A DNA stretch of 64,000 nucleotides from Paramecium tetraurelia (lineage: Eukaryota), in contig CT868041.1 in the NCBI GenBank assembly GCA_000165425.1, forward strand, positions 496,001-560,000. The letters are read 5' to 3'. Position numbers and translations under genes: made by a program. Below the pieces are notes generated by a model. The model was not told where the DNA came from and made no database searches. It saw only the letters and a program-made list of their open reading frames with translations. This document shows, one piece after another, positions 25,220-39,326 of the stretch; position 1 is the first letter of the stretch, and each line of letters opens with the position of its first letter.

Positions 25220-26739
25220 ATGACTGAAAAGTGCAATCCCAATGCAACTGGGTTTTTTCATACCTGTGGTTAGTTTAGTCAGTGCCAACCAATTACCAAT
25301 ACCTGTGTTCATGATCCGCCTTATACACCTAAAGCAGGGATTATCATATCCTACATCATTACCCCTATTTTGATTGGGATAGGAATACTCGGAGGTTTGG
25401 GAGGTACCAAATATCCCAATTTCTTTAGGTGGAGTTTTAAAAGGGCCTCTCCTTGAAATGATACTAAATTATACATAAAGTGAAGCTACTCACATTGCTT
25501 ATTGTCTTATGTTTGGAGGAACATTACTAAATACGATATTGTTGATGTTCGAAAAGTAATACCTAATATTCTATATAGAAATCCTGAAGATCAAAGAAGA
25601 CCAATTATTAATTACAGAATTTCAATAATTTTTAATCTTGCTGTTCCTTTTGCCACAAATCTGGGATCATCGTTGGCTTCCTTTCTCCCTCAATTATATA
25701 CATTAATACTTCAAGAACTATTTCTATTTGCAGTAGCACCTATATTGTGGAAAAAAGGTAATTTATAGAATGACTTACGTAAGCTCAGAAAGCTAAAAGC
25801 GAAGAGCTTTCAACACCTGATAAGCAGAAAAACGAAAGCTAGGCATTAAATCTTGATGGATCAAATACTTAGTAAAAGATTGAACTTCAAAAAATAGAGG
25901 AATAATAATATTCAGTGTCATTAACTTCATTTAGTGTAGAAAATAGTAAGTAGAATTCTAATACTCTCTATTATCAATTCAAATAAGAAACAGAGAACAT
26001 TCTACCATTCATGCCTGCATTATTTATCTTGGGTTCTTTTGGACTTAATTAGGTAATAATTATGTTGCAATTTAGATATTCATCCAAATGAGATCAACAA
26101 ATCCCAGTAAGCCATCTTATGTTGGAATATATGATTGTACATGGTAGAATGACTTCATGATTCTAATTTTGATTATTGCAAATGTGTTATTTGACTATGT
26201 AGCTTGGAATTTTGGATCTCGTCAAGAGAAATACTTTGATTAATTAAACTATCTACCTAATGAGAGGTACTTTACTCCCATCAGTCGGTTCTTTAAAATA
26301 TACGCAGGAGGATTTGGAGCTGGCTTTGTATCAGGATTTCTTGGAATGGGGGCAGGTTTTGTAATGGTTCCAACTTTACTTTACAGCGGTTTGATTCCAA
26401 GATGTGCTTCAGCTACTTCAGCGTTTATTTATTTCATGATATCTTTGAATAACTTGATAACTCTTCTTACTAACCATTATTTAGATTAGTAAATGATTCT
26501 GTTATTTACAGGACTAGCAGTAATTAAATTGATTATGTCAGGTTATAGGTGGATCTGTGATTACTAAAATTGGATACATCTTATTAAGCAAGTATAAAAT
26601 TGGTTACACCGTTATCTTGATTGTCTTCGCATTAGATATAGCAAACATTCTTTCATAAATTTATTATGGGGTTGTTTTTGGTATCAGATATGGTTTAGAT
26701 TACTTAACAAAAGCAAATATCATATGCAAATAATAATGA
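25220..26739 (+). CDS. TauE/SafE (sulfite exporter/TSUP) family membrane protein
   Basis: GILGGLGGGVLKGP, RPIINYRISIIFN, AGFVSGFLGMGAGFVMVPTLLYSGLIPRCASATSAF. N-terminal Cys-rich ...CVHDPP motif; multiple TMs. Confidence 0.88.
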
Positions 26740-26766
26740 TTTTAAATTACAATATATCATATCTAT

Positions 26767-28651
26767 TCAAAAGAAGTGTTAGTTTGGTTTTCTTAATCTT
26801 TTTTACATTTCCGATTATTGTGACAATCTTGAAGTGTGATCCATGAACCCTGAATAAGGTCTAAATACATGGGATGATTTAGCCATTGTGGATCTTGATT
26901 CAGGAGTTTCACATTTTGGAGTTTCAATAATTTAGAAGTATCCCGAAGAAGGATTGTGAAATTGATGTAACTGCTAAGCAGTTCTTGGAGTTGCAAAAAA
27001 TGAAGTTATGGTTCTAGTTTTATCTAATTTTTTTTAGGAATTTGTATTTCCTTTATCTTCTTTGTTTGGGTTTAATGAATTAATCTGAAGTATTGGATCA
27101 TTTTGGCCATAAATTAAACTAGTTGACTTTCTGGTCTTTATTTTCTTATGTGTTTTCTCAATTAGTTTCACAGCAGAATTCACTCTAGATCTTTAGATTG
27201 CCTCATGATTTTAAGGAGCTATTCTAAGAGGAGGTTTAACCAATCCAACTCTAATCAAATTAGAATAGTATTGTTTCAAAAACCCCTCTGAATTAACATT
27301 AGAAGCAAAACTGTATGGATTTTCTACTTTTTCTAAAATCTTAATCTAAGGTTCCTTGCTTGATTTGGTCAATGAAACAAATTCATTCATGGTTATCTTT
27401 TTAGATTTCTTTTCCTCCTCACCAAATTGATCTAACACATTCTTATTGTATTTCAGCACTCTACTATGTTTGGGTACCTAAATTATATGAGTATATATAC
27501 TTAATATTATTAAAATTAAATATCCACCTTGTCATATGATTTTATTGAATCTTTTGCTAAAATCAAAGTGGATTATGATTTCTTGAATTCATTATTAGGC
27601 GAATTACATAATAATGATTAATCAAATGGTTTACTTCCCATCAATAAGCGCATCAATTGTTTTTCTACAGTCTATTTACAATATAAATACACTTATGAAG
27701 TGATATAATTTATCTGATAATGGAGTTAGGGAAAAGACGAGTGAATATCTTCACTTTGATTCTATAAAGTAGAATTTGAGCAGATTTTACTCTTGATGTA
27801 AATTCATAACTCAATTGTTAATTCTAGTCTGAATCTGGATCTATAAGCAACTCATCTCCTATTATTCCATTATCTTCCATATTAAAGATATGCTCTTCAT
27901 TCTTTGACATTGAAATATCCCCTTGAGCTAAAAAGTACAAATAATCACCTATTACATTCTCTCTATGGATATATAGATCAACATAATTACTCTGTTATAG
28001 GTGTAAGATGTGGAAAAGTCAAACTTTCAAATTATGTTGCCAACGCTGCCAATATTCTCTTTGAATTCAATTCTCCCAATCCAGGGATTATTTTGCATAG
28101 GATTTTATGTTTGAAAAGGAAAAGATCACCAAAGAATTAATAAATATCATCGCACTACTATTTATTTATCGACAAAACTAAAGAGTCATCTACTGAAATT
28201 TTATATTTTAATTGAGATGAACTATATATTTGTTTACCAAAGTGGAATTCGTCTTCTATATAAGAAAGGGGAAATAGACTTGCGATTAACTTCGCTGTTT
28301 TATATATGTAACCATCCTCTTATTAAAACACATCAACTTATCCCTTTAATAATAATTACACCCCTAAATTTGGATTCACAGATATCAATTCACTTTAAGA
28401 GTAACTCCTAATTTCCACATTGTTACACAACTTTGCTTAATTTGTTTAATACTTTTATTTAACCATCGCTTGAAAGTTGTTAATGATACAACTCATTCAA
28501 TTTATTAAAAATTTGGGTTCCTCTTATTATAGATGCAATTATCTATAATTTTAAAATAGATTAGTACTTTCAAATCCTCATAAGTTTTTGGATAACTTAC
28601 TATCTTTTATTGCAGCATAACTAAATTCTCATTCTAAATTACTTATTCCAT
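26767..28651 (-). CDS. Cyclic-nucleotide-binding-domain protein
   Basis: ITEENVIGDYLYFLAQGDISM..NGIIGDELL..YEFTSRVKSAQILLYRI fits a cNMP fold. Several tiny introns; ends RLRKPNQHFF-TGA. Confidence 0.72.
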
Positions 28652-28788
28652 TTTTAATTATCAAAATTACAGAATTCATTCTAATAACATTATAATAAAT
28701 CAAATATATATATGATATTAAAATTGAAAGATGCTCTTATATGCTTCAGATGAAATTTCCTAATTTTAATAAAATTAGTTTATAATGA

Positions 28789-31055
28789 TCATTCCTAGTT
28801 TTTTAGAAATTCTAGAAAGTGGAGATCCTTTTGTTATAGTTATCTAAATTTAATATCCTCGACCTTCTCAAACTTAGGAAACAAATTGTTTTCTTCCTTT
28901 GGTTCCTCCACTAATTTTGTCTTTAGTACAACTTCTTCATGTTATTTTTAAAAAACAACTTAAATTATTTATTTTTAAGGTAGTTTTTCAAAATCAATCT
29001 CATCAACTTTCAAAATACTATTATCATCTTTTTTGAGGATTTTACGATTATTGAAAAAATCAATGTGAAATTCCTCAAAATTTTTATTCAATTTCTTGAC
29101 ATTTGAGACTAATTGGAGAGAGCTTCTTCTTTCAATTCTAAGTGATGGCGCTTCATAATCATCTCTAAGTGAAGCAGTCATAAGCTTATTTTTCTATTCT
29201 TCGTGATTTAATGAGTTGGATAGATTTCTATTTTTAATTACTTTTTCCCTATCTAATTGATCAGAATGAGATAATTTATTTTGTTAATTAGATTTCAAGC
29301 CCAACCCCTATAAAACCTCTTTCAATTAATCCAAAGGATCAATTGGTTTACCAGTCTCCTAAACAAACTTTCTTTCAATGGGTTACTCACTCTCATTATT
29401 CGAAGATTCTGAGTTTGATTCAGACTCTGCATCTGCACTAATAATTGGGGTTGTTTCAAATATATTTTAAGTAATTTCTTGATAATGTTATTTTGGAGTA
29501 GATTTGGACTAACAATTAATAAAAATATTATTTGCTGATTCATCAACTCCATCTTACTCTAAGTATTTACTATCCTCAACATCTAGAGCAGATACAATTA
29601 TTTTCTCTTCAAATTAAGGACTACTAGGATCTTCACCTAATTTGTATCTATGTTTTTCTTCTTGCTTCATTTAATGTAACTTCAAAGTTCTCCAATTGTG
29701 AGAAATCATCAACTCCTCTTCAATTTATTTCAAATAATCATAATATGGCAAGAACTCTCCATCTTTAATTAATTTAAGAGACAACTTTGATTCAAATTCA
29801 TAAATTTATTTGTCTATCAACCTATGATGTTTATCATGTATCTTATTCTTCAATATTAATTTGGATGCCCAATATGGATGAAAATCGTTCAAAGCTCTTT
29901 CAAAAACGAAAGAAATCATGTTGCCAACATAAGATATAAAAATATCCTATTTATTAAATTTATGCACTAAGTTAAATATCAACTCCATTATGTTAGCTTT
30001 ATCAACCTTTTCCCATAATTAGATATCTGTAATTCTGACTAAATTATCAATTACCTATATAATTATTAATTTTTAAATACTTCTATGAGTTTAATAATCA
30101 ACAGACCAACCTTAGTTTTATTTAACAGTGATTATTATAATATTATAGCTATTATTTTGACATCAAAACATTCAAAGAATTCAGTACGTCTAAAATTCTA
30201 TGTAATTTCTTATGTCTCAGGTTCATCCAATTGAATATTTTGCATATCCATTGAGTAATAATTTGATACTAACGACAGAACATGAGCAGCGTTCTTCAAA
30301 GTTCTATTAAATTACTTATTTCAAATACATTGCATTAATATCCTCTCTTACAATTATGGAAAACATTTTCCTTTGAATTTCTCCTTTTATCACATATTCA
30401 ATTTAAGCTTCATTTAGTATCCTTATCATGATTTCATGAACTATAAAAGTGAAATTGATTGCACTACAAGGATCGAAATCTTAAAATCGATCAAAACCAA
30501 CTCTCAAAAAATCAAGTTATTATTAATGAAACCCAAACTCGTAAAAGATGATTAAAATCTAAGCAACACTATTAATGTGAATTAAAGGCAAAAACGAAAC
30601 CAAAAAGTTAGGTCTTTGAAATTGATCAAGAACAAATCTCTTATCTCGATCCTTTATCAACTGAAACAATTTATGAGCTACTCCCCATTAAGTATCTGGT
30701 GTCACTGCTCTCCATCTCAAATCAAAAATCACTTCCCAATAAATCTAAAATAACATCTGAATATCACTTCTATTTATTTCATTATAGGCTCTAAGTTTAG
30801 ATCTATTATCTCAAAGATTTTACTAATTAAATCACTATAAATGACTAATTAGTCAGTTTAAACTTTATCATAGTCAACAAACAAAATGTCAAACATTTAC
30901 TTAACATTTCTTGATAAAAAATCAATTGCAAATGGATCGCTAGCTCTAAAATATTTCATAAATTGTTCCATGTTTAGCATTATTGATAAATTCGATTAAC
31001 TATAAGCAATCATTTCTTCAATTTGTTTTTAAGATGAGGTTTGTGTTTAATACAT
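28789..31055 (-). CDS. Helical-repeat protein, probably a divergent SAPS/PP6 regulatory subunit
   Basis: KVGLLILKLIEVIDNLVR and ELIFNLVHKFNKQDIFISYV resemble the SAPS LGxxRLKIVE and LLDLFFKYxWNNFLH motifs. S/Q-rich tail. Confidence 0.55.
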
Positions 31056-31115
31056 ATAATTTATAAAAATAACAATAATTCTTTAGTTGATATAATACAA
31101 AATTGATAAAGTAAA

Positions 31116-32293
31116 ATGTTGAGGATAAATATTTACAAATCAATTCTAAACTAACTTTTGTAAAATTCAGGACCTATGCTTAATATTTGGAATCAGGATA
31201 AAATTTTTAACTCACAAAGTTATATTTAATTTAGTACTTTGAGTTTACCTTAGATTTAGCCAAAAATTAGGAATCTTGTATTTTACAACTGAAATTAGTG
31301 TTTATTTCATTGAATTCCGATATTGAATAATGATGTGATAATTCTTGTAGGTCACATTAATTCATAGCAAAAAGTATTGTAAATCAGTAAAATTAGTAAT
31401 TAATTATTCTTACTTATAATTAACTTAATATTACAATGGAATTGCTCTTATATTCAGATTATGCCTTAGTTAATCGATTCATACCCAAAAGATTCTTTTA
31501 TTTATTAGAATATTAAGTAATCTACTTTTGAGTAATTCCAACAAAATATGTAAAATGTTTTGAAAGAATAATAAAAATTATTTATCATTCGTTAAAAATG
31601 AATTAGTGAACAGGTTTTTTCAATAATTTTAAAAGAATTATAATATTTTATAGAGTAGATTTACAATTTTTCTAAAATTACAATTATGATAAATATATAT
31701 GATTTAACAAATTTTACTAAACAAAGAAAAAAGAAGTTAATTTTTCTAGTTGTTAGGCTTTTGATCAAATTTTGAGAAGGGTACTTAATATTGTCAGGAA
31801 TTGATTCAAAATAGTATAATATTTTTCTTCTAATTTTATATAGGTTAATTAGTTTTGAGTTTCTTATTTTGTGATGAAAATTAATTAGATAAATAATTTG
31901 CATCAATAGTTGTGAACTGATGATTGCTCCTGAAATTTTATCCGATAAGGTATTAAATATGATAATATCATGCTAGCCAGAAGACCAATATTAGAGACTA
32001 GAGAAAGCTGTAAATTAATTCATGTATAATTTATATAGATGATTGAATTGTTTAAATATGATAATTTACTTAACAATGAATACCTCGTTAGAAAATTCGA
32101 GACTGATATTTTAAAACCCGATTGGTATTTGCTATAATATGTTGTTGTGTAAAGAGAGAATTCAATTAAAAGCCAATATGTATAAAATGAATTGAATACT
32201 CGCAAGAAATATCATTTAATTTTAACAGATGTATAAAAGAGATATTAAATTTTAGATTTTAAATAAATATAACAAATAATTATGGAATTTTGA
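31116..32293 (+). pseudogene. Probable decayed gene
   Basis: Coding-like frame from ATG 31116 is interrupted by in-frame TGAs (near 31311, 31599 and 31773) that canonical tiny introns do not remove. The 3' part reads cleanly to TGA 32291-32293. Confidence 0.4.
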
Positions 32294-32300
32294 TCATCAA

Positions 32301-33115
32301 ATGTTAATCATTCGTCCATACTTTCCAACAGAGAGAAAGAGGATATAAATAAAAATACCAGTTTTGAATGTAGCTCTCATTAAAGAAACACTGTAAAAAT
32401 CTGGCTTCACGAAAGAGGAATTAATTTATGAAGAAGACATTTATTAAGCTGATAAAACATATGTAAAATTAATAGTAACATCTTAAACTGAAAATTATGC
32501 AATAGACATTTTTGATTTTTTGATGTAAAAAAAGGCAGAACTTCAAATTGATTCAGTCATTATGTAAAATGTTGATTATTTGGATGAATTTCATAAATAA
32601 ATTAATGCTAAAAAATGTTCTATGATGACCAAGAAGATCGAACAATAAGACAATGATTAATAGGGATACAAGAGAAATGATTAATATGATGAATAAGATA
32701 AAGAATTCGATAGGTCTTATCAAAAATCTAGAGCAAGAGGCAATAGACAAAGAGGAGGAGGAAATTATGGATATTATAGAAATGATAAAGATGATGACAG
32801 ACATGAAGAGAAATATCACAATAGGGAGAAGGGAGATAGGAATGAAAGAGGAAATGACAGAAATGATAGAGGTGGAAAAGATAAAGATAGAAGAGGAGGT
32901 TAAAGAGATAGAGGAAATAATGTATGTAATTTTATTTATCTTAGCAATATGTGTAAAAAAATGATGTACATCATTAATAATAATAGTAATAACCATTATA
33001 ATAATATTAATTAATACCTAAAGCAGTGTTATAGAAGACACCAAAATAAAACATAAAACCAAATGCTTTGAATGCTAATGATTTCCCTGCTCTAGATTTT
33101 GAATAAAAGAGCTGA
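32301..33115 (+). CDS. RG/RGG-rich putative RNA-binding protein with C-terminal DFPAL motif
   Basis: SRARGNRQRGGGNYGYY..ERGNDRNDRGGKDKDRRGGQRDRGNN; one 23-nt intron; ends LNANDFPALDFEQKS-TGA. Confidence 0.7.
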
Positions 33116-33208
33116 GTTATATGAGTAATAACTCTATAAAATTATTTTATTATTCAACGTATATGAGTAATTTTTCTTTTTAACATCTCATTTTTAATAA
33201 TTAATATT

Positions 33209-34237
33209 ATGCATCATAGAAAGAGCTTATCGCCGTTTAGCGAAAAAGTGAGAGTTATTTAATTTACTTGTTTAAGATTGGAGTTTCTTTACCCATTAGT
33301 TTGTGAACCGTTAAAAGTAATAGTGTGTGAGAAACATACCTTTATTGCTAAACCTTAAGATCAAAGATGTGCAATGGTCAATCAAGTACAAGATAACAAA
33401 TTATAAGACATAAGCTATTGAAGTTTTTAATCATAAGATCAAAATTGAAATCTAAAACTTAGGAATCTCGCATCTAGACTTAAATACATACTAAGCATTT
33501 TCATTAGAAAAAGTTCCAATTTATGATAAGAAAAATTAGAAGTAATTGATTGGATTCCTATGCTTTAAGATTGATGAAACATCAAAAAAGAGCACTCCCA
33601 ATACTAGCATTTAAAACTCAAGAGAATAATCATTAAGTAATTCAATTTATTAATTATAGATTTTGGTTCAAATTTATTTACCATTGCATTTAATGATTAA
33701 TCATAACAATAAAACTAGAAGTAACAAAATTCAAATTAAAAATACTCTAACGAAGAAATTAAAAGAAATATAGATTAAATAGCTTAAATTTATGAAGAAA
33801 TGAGTAGAGAATAAAATCAATTATTGCAGCAAGATTTAAAATTAAAAAAATTAGACACTGAAATCAAAGATTTGAATTTATAATTAAAGTCCTTTCATGA
33901 TTAAGAGCATCAAATAGATTTATAATTTAAAAAATTATAAACTCAATCTCCATAATTATAAATGCTAATTAATCAAAAAATATAGTAATAATAATCAATC
34001 CTAACATTTAAGAGAAAATAAGAAAATCCAATTTAAAAATAATCACCCTCATAAATAATTAGAACAGAACAAACTAGTTCAAGATTAAAGAAATCTAATG
34101 TTCTTCCACAATAAATAACGATTAGCTTAATTGAATAAGAAAAATTCATGAAAAAATAAAATAAAGAACCTGAAATTCCTGTCAATATGTCAATACCATT
34201 TTCTTTTAATGAATATTTTAGTTTATTCAAAAATTGA
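33209..34237 (+). CDS. Hypothetical protein: beta-rich (C2-like?) N-terminus plus coiled coil
   Basis: MHHRKSLSPFSEKVRVIQFTCLRLEFL...; tiny introns; ends YFSLFKN-TGA. Confidence 0.65.
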
Positions 34238-34346
34238 TTCTACTTACAACATTAAAGAAGTATTTCGACTTTAAAACAAAATATATGTAATTAGAAAAAG
34301 CTTTAAACATTGAATATTAGGATATTATACTACTATTAATATAGCC

Positions 34347-34955
34347 TCATGCACCAATAGCTAATTTGGATCTAGCAGCCTATTTTCTTGATTAACGAGC
34401 AACGACTTTATTATTTGCTTCTTTCTTAACATTTTCATCTTTCTAAGCAGCCCATATTTCAACATGTGCATTTGATGATAAGAATGCTATTAAAATAAAT
34501 CATAAATCTTACGATTGATTCTTCCGTGTGCTCTATATGTTCTACGTCTACCCTTTTAAGCTCTATTGACTTAGACATGATTGATAATCAGTTTATCATT
34601 GTTCAAATTCTTAACTTGGGCATTAGCAGCCAAATTTTACAAGAGTGAGAGAACAATTCTTACACTCTTTTCAGGCCATCTACCTGTAATTAATTTATTA
34701 TGAATCTATACCTTATGATCTACCGAATTCTTTGGCTTAACCTGTTCTGCCTACACCTCCATTAAATCTGGTGAATGGAACACATCTATTATGCTATAAG
34801 ACATCTTATAAATATTTAAGTGCTTAAGCAAGAGTTTATCCTTTGAGGGCTCTAGCTACTTCATAGGTATTCTTAAAGTGAGTTCTCAAATCACTTGCTC
34901 TTGCCTTTGCTGAATTTTTAGCAACTGCTGGCTCTCTAGCATATTATTTGCCCAT
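34347..34955 (-). CDS. RPL17: 60S ribosomal protein L17 (uL22)
   Basis: [65 protein letters not shown]. Two tiny introns. Confidence 0.98.
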
Positions 34956-35194
34956 TGAATCCTTTTTTAATTAATTAAATTTGTTTTTTCAAATTCATTA
35001 TTAAATGGAAAATATGGTAAATAATTTTATTTTAAATAATTTATAAGCTGTACTCTTTGAACAGAAATTTAACAAAAAACCTTCTCATTTTAAGGGAATA
35101 AATATAGATTTATAATAATCCAAGTTACTTTAATTTAACAAAAGGAAATAAAATGAAAATTAATATTGATAACGAAAAGTTAAATAGCAATAGT

Positions 35195-36225
35195 TCATAT
35201 AGTCATTACTTTTTATTACTTTTTAATTTGTTTTTCTCCTTTTCCTCCTTCCTTTCTTCAGATGTCTAATTTTCTTGAGACTTTTCAATAGTTTTATCTT
35301 TTTAGCTACCTAAATAGGAATCTTAATTATTTGAATATTAAGCACTTTCTAAATTTTGATCTTTAATTAGAAAAGTAGTTTAACAAGCAATATTTAGTTA
35401 ATCAATTGATTGTGACTTCTTTCTTGAATCTAATTAGAATTTTCTATTTTCTTCATATTCTATAATTGAATTGTCATTTCTGGTTTCACTTCTTTATAGT
35501 CTATCAAATACTTTGCCAGACATTCGGAAAGGAGAACAACCCTTATTTGGTTTCTTCTAATTCGAATTTTAACTGGTTCTACTATTTGATTTTTAGATTG
35601 ATGGTAGAATGACAGTATTATCATTTGAAACCAAGGCATTACAGAATTTATTACATAATTGTTATTCTTTGGTTTTAGCGCTAAAGCATTAGATTTACTT
35701 TTACCTTTGTATTTCTTCTATCAAGTCTTTTTCTTATTTTTTTAACTTGTTTATTTCCAGAAGCTTTTTATTTACAATAACTCGATTCATTAACATTTCT
35801 TATAATTATTGTTACCTAACTTCTTTTATTTTTTTTTCTTAATATGCTGCTCTTCTTTTGGTTACTTCGGAATCGAATTCATCTATCATTTTTACCTTCA
35901 TTTTTTTCTGTTAAATTTCCCAGATTTTTGATTATTGTAATTAGGTCTCTGTTTTCAGTCTTTCATTTCTAAGATAAATTCCCTCTTTTTCTACAATCGG
36001 TTTGAATTGTTCAATAATCTGTTTTCTGTCTAGTCTCAGCTATTCTTATAATTGTGAAATTGGGGATTTTTATATTTTGGGAGATATCTATCTAAGATCT
36101 TTTATTTTCGTCGATAATAGATAATTCTTTTAATCAATGTCTCTTAATTAAAATTTCAATGAGTTGACTCTTTTTTTCACTTGATCGTATTCCTAAGTAA
36201 CTTATACAAAACTTTGCTAATTCAT
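35195..36225 (-). CDS. Hypothetical coiled-coil protein
   Basis: MNQQSFVQVTQEYDQVKKRVNSLK...; K/Q/E-rich; end approximate. Confidence 0.65.
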
Positions 36226-36257
36226 ATTTATTAATAAAAATTAAAAGAAAATGAATT

Positions 36258-38026
36258 TCATGAAAAAATTTTGTTAACAACTCTTAGTTGAGTAGTGGTC
36301 ATAATCCTACTAGTTTAAGATGCAGATCTCTTTTAACTTATAGAAGATTTATTATTATTGATATTGGATGTATTCGTTCCTCTTATTCTAAACTACGCTC
36401 CAAATGTATAATTCATGAATTCCTTCCTTTCATTACTCTCTGTCTAAAATCGATCTGTCGATGCTATTACAGCTAACCTTGACTTTTAATCATAAGTATT
36501 GTTAATATTTATGAATTTAATTGGACTCTTTATATCCTTGCTAATGCTCTGTTGTATGATATCTTCACTTTTTTGTTATTGCTGACAGTTATCTTTAAGT
36601 CTCTTATCAGAATAGATTCTTTTCATCAACTTAGGCAAACTCAGTTATTTGATACTCCCTTATCTAAATATGGTATAGGATTAGTTAATTTGCTTCGAGT
36701 CTTGAATTTTTGTGGTCTTTAACTGTCCTATTGAGTCAAGTCTTTGTTGCAAAGACTTTTATTTATCTTAAATCTGTGCTTTCTATTATTAGATCAAATC
36801 TTTAAACTTTCCCGTCTTCTTTATGTATAATAATTACATATTTGATAATTTTATTATTCTTTAGAATCACTTTAAATTATTGAGCTTCACTCAATTGAAA
36901 TGTCTGATATACAAAATATATCGTTTATTAATTATGGAAAAGTATAAACGTTAATAAATTAGTTGAAGGAATGTCAAAATTTATGAAAGATATATTAATA
37001 TAGAATATCAAATAATCATCAAAATTATCCTTTTTATCTACCTTGGAATTTCTTAAAATTACTTAAGAGTTTGTCTTCTTAATTTTAAGAATGTTGATTA
37101 TCTGGCTAAGAATGTTCTTGGCTTTTAAGTAAATATTTATTTGAAACAAAATCCTTGAGTTTTAGATTTTACTCCCCTATGTTAATTCCCTTTCTACTTA
37201 ATGATCGTTATAAAGTATTCAGCTTCTAATCAGTGTTAATACCTCTGATCTATATTGAGCCTTATCCATTTTACCTATGATTTATTTTGTCATATTCCTT
37301 ATCAAACTTTATCATATGATAACCCATATTCTAACATAGCTATTTCATCTCACGAGATTATATATCGTCCTTGATGTCTTTTAATTGCATTGTAATAATG
37401 GCTATATTATTGTCTTGCATCGAGAGAGCTGGTTTATTATTATTATTAATCTATGACTTTTAAGTTTAATTCATCATTCGTCTTTTCAATTCAGTTACTA
37501 CCTATTTGTTTTCCTCTTTCTACCCTTGCACTCTATTTTAAACATGCTCTGTTTTATTTAATCGTATTAATTCTTATTAAATTTTGAACTAGTTTTCCTT
37601 TTCGCCCTTTGATGAATTCGCTTATTTTACAGATTACCTTTCTTAAGACTTTGAGCCTTACTATATTTATATCTGATATTCATCAGGGTTAGATAGTTTA
37701 TTTGGGTTAATTAATTTTTCTTTTGTAGATTGTACTACATGTTAATGTTTAATAATATCATTTAAATCATTGTAAGGTTGTTAATTAATAAGTTTAATGA
37801 AATTTTTGCCACCTAAAATAGAGGAAATATTCCTTTGATTATGTCGAGTTTACCTTGCATCAGTGCTTGTAGGTTATAAATTTGTTGAGATATCGGTTTT
37901 GGAGATGATTTATTGAGGATCCCAAGCCAATAACTTTGTTGTATTTGAAACAGATCTTGGTCTCACTTATTTAGGTTAATCTTAATAGATAGGATTAATC
38001 ACTCTTCTTGAGTCTTAATATTGCAT
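36258..38026 (-). CDS. Hypothetical Q-rich coiled-coil protein
   Basis: MQYQDSRRVINPIYQDQPKQVRPRSVS...; several tiny introns; ends LRVVNKIFS-TGA. Confidence 0.65.
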
Positions 38027-38108
38027 TAATATATTCAGTTAAATTTATCATTAAATTATGTTAAAAAAATGAATTGTAATTCATAATAATAATAAAATTA
38101 ATATAACA

Positions 38109-39136
38109 TCATTTTCTTCCTTATGACCACTCTATCATTTTAAACAACTTCACATATTTTGACAAATTACCATCTCGTAAATAGCATGCTAACAATATTA
38201 TTTAAAGAATTTACATTACGTATTGGTTGAAACATCTTGAAGTTGGAAATCGAATCCATCATCATCCATCATCTCTTCCAACTTAGATTTTTTGTTCTCC
38301 TAAGTATCAACTTTCTTATCTTTTTCAGTCTGTTGCACTTTAAACAGATCAGCCAGGTCTTGCTCATCTTCTGTCTTCTCTCTAAATATGAGAACAACAA
38401 TTACTAAAGACTTCGAGAATAATATTGATTGATTAATCTCTCGATTTTTATCTAGGCCAAATCTGATTGTAATTCGTTCCTTTCGATTGATTCAAATTCA
38501 ATATCCAATTAGACTTATACTTGTTCTTCTTTCTTTTTATCAAATTATTCTTTTTCTTTGTAATCCTTAGTTTTTATATCTCCTAATGGAATCATAAAGG
38601 ATTAAGACAAATCTTTTAACTACACAAATAATCATCAATTTTACAGTATATAAAATGCTCTTAGCCTAGATTGCTGTTTCAATTGGACATATGATGGTGA
38701 CTCTGAGAGTATTTTATTTTTTTATCAAATCTTTAGCTTAATTAACCTTCAATTTCAAATCTTACATTGTGATAGTGTGACTTAATTTAAAATGTTGATC
38801 ATTCAATTTTTATTATTCCTTAATCTTTACAATGTCATTCATGAATTTAGATGCAAGTTCATCAGAGTAATCGCAAACTTTACATAAAGCAGGTTTAATT
38901 TCTTGATTGATCATGATTAAATCTTATCCCAATTTATCAGCTTTCTTCCTTGCCTCTTCACATGCAAAGACACCAATCAATTTATTTTATGAGTCCAACA
39001 ATCTAACATCACCAAAGAAATTGATGTCTTCATTTGCTAAACTAGGTTTAATCTTGAGTAAAGTAGAAACTTTATTTATGATGTTGGCATTAAATTTGTA
39101 CTTTCCGAAACAATATACAGGCACTTTTCTAAACAT
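38109..39136 (-). CDS. Mitochondrial translation initiation factor IF-3 with acidic C-terminal extension
   Basis: NEDINFFGDVRLLDSQNKLIGVFACEEARKKADKLGQDLIMINQEIKPALCKVCDY matches IF3-N; FKLSHTITMQDLKLKVNQAKDLIKKQNTLRVTI matches IF3-C. Presequence MFRKVPVYCF. Confidence 0.85.
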
Positions 39137-39326
39137 AATTTAATTATATTGATATATTATTTCTATAATGCTTTTTTGAATAATTCTTTATTTTCATCTG
39201 ACTCCTCATACACTCATTTAATTAAATAATATAATAGATGCATTTTTGTAATTGCATCGATACTCTCTCCAGAATCAAAAGTTAGATGTGACATTTAATA
39301 TGAATGATTTAAATATATATTGACAT

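Noticed and set aside
31300..31800. Selenoprotein reading of the in-frame TGAs
   Set aside because: No redox CxxU-type context, several scattered TGAs, and no room for a SECIS because the next ATG is 7 nt after the final stop.
32553..32996. 147-aa Ile/Ser-rich minus ORF and the overlapping 103-aa plus ORF
   Set aside because: Shadow and off-frame readings of the RGG-rich gene 32301-33115.
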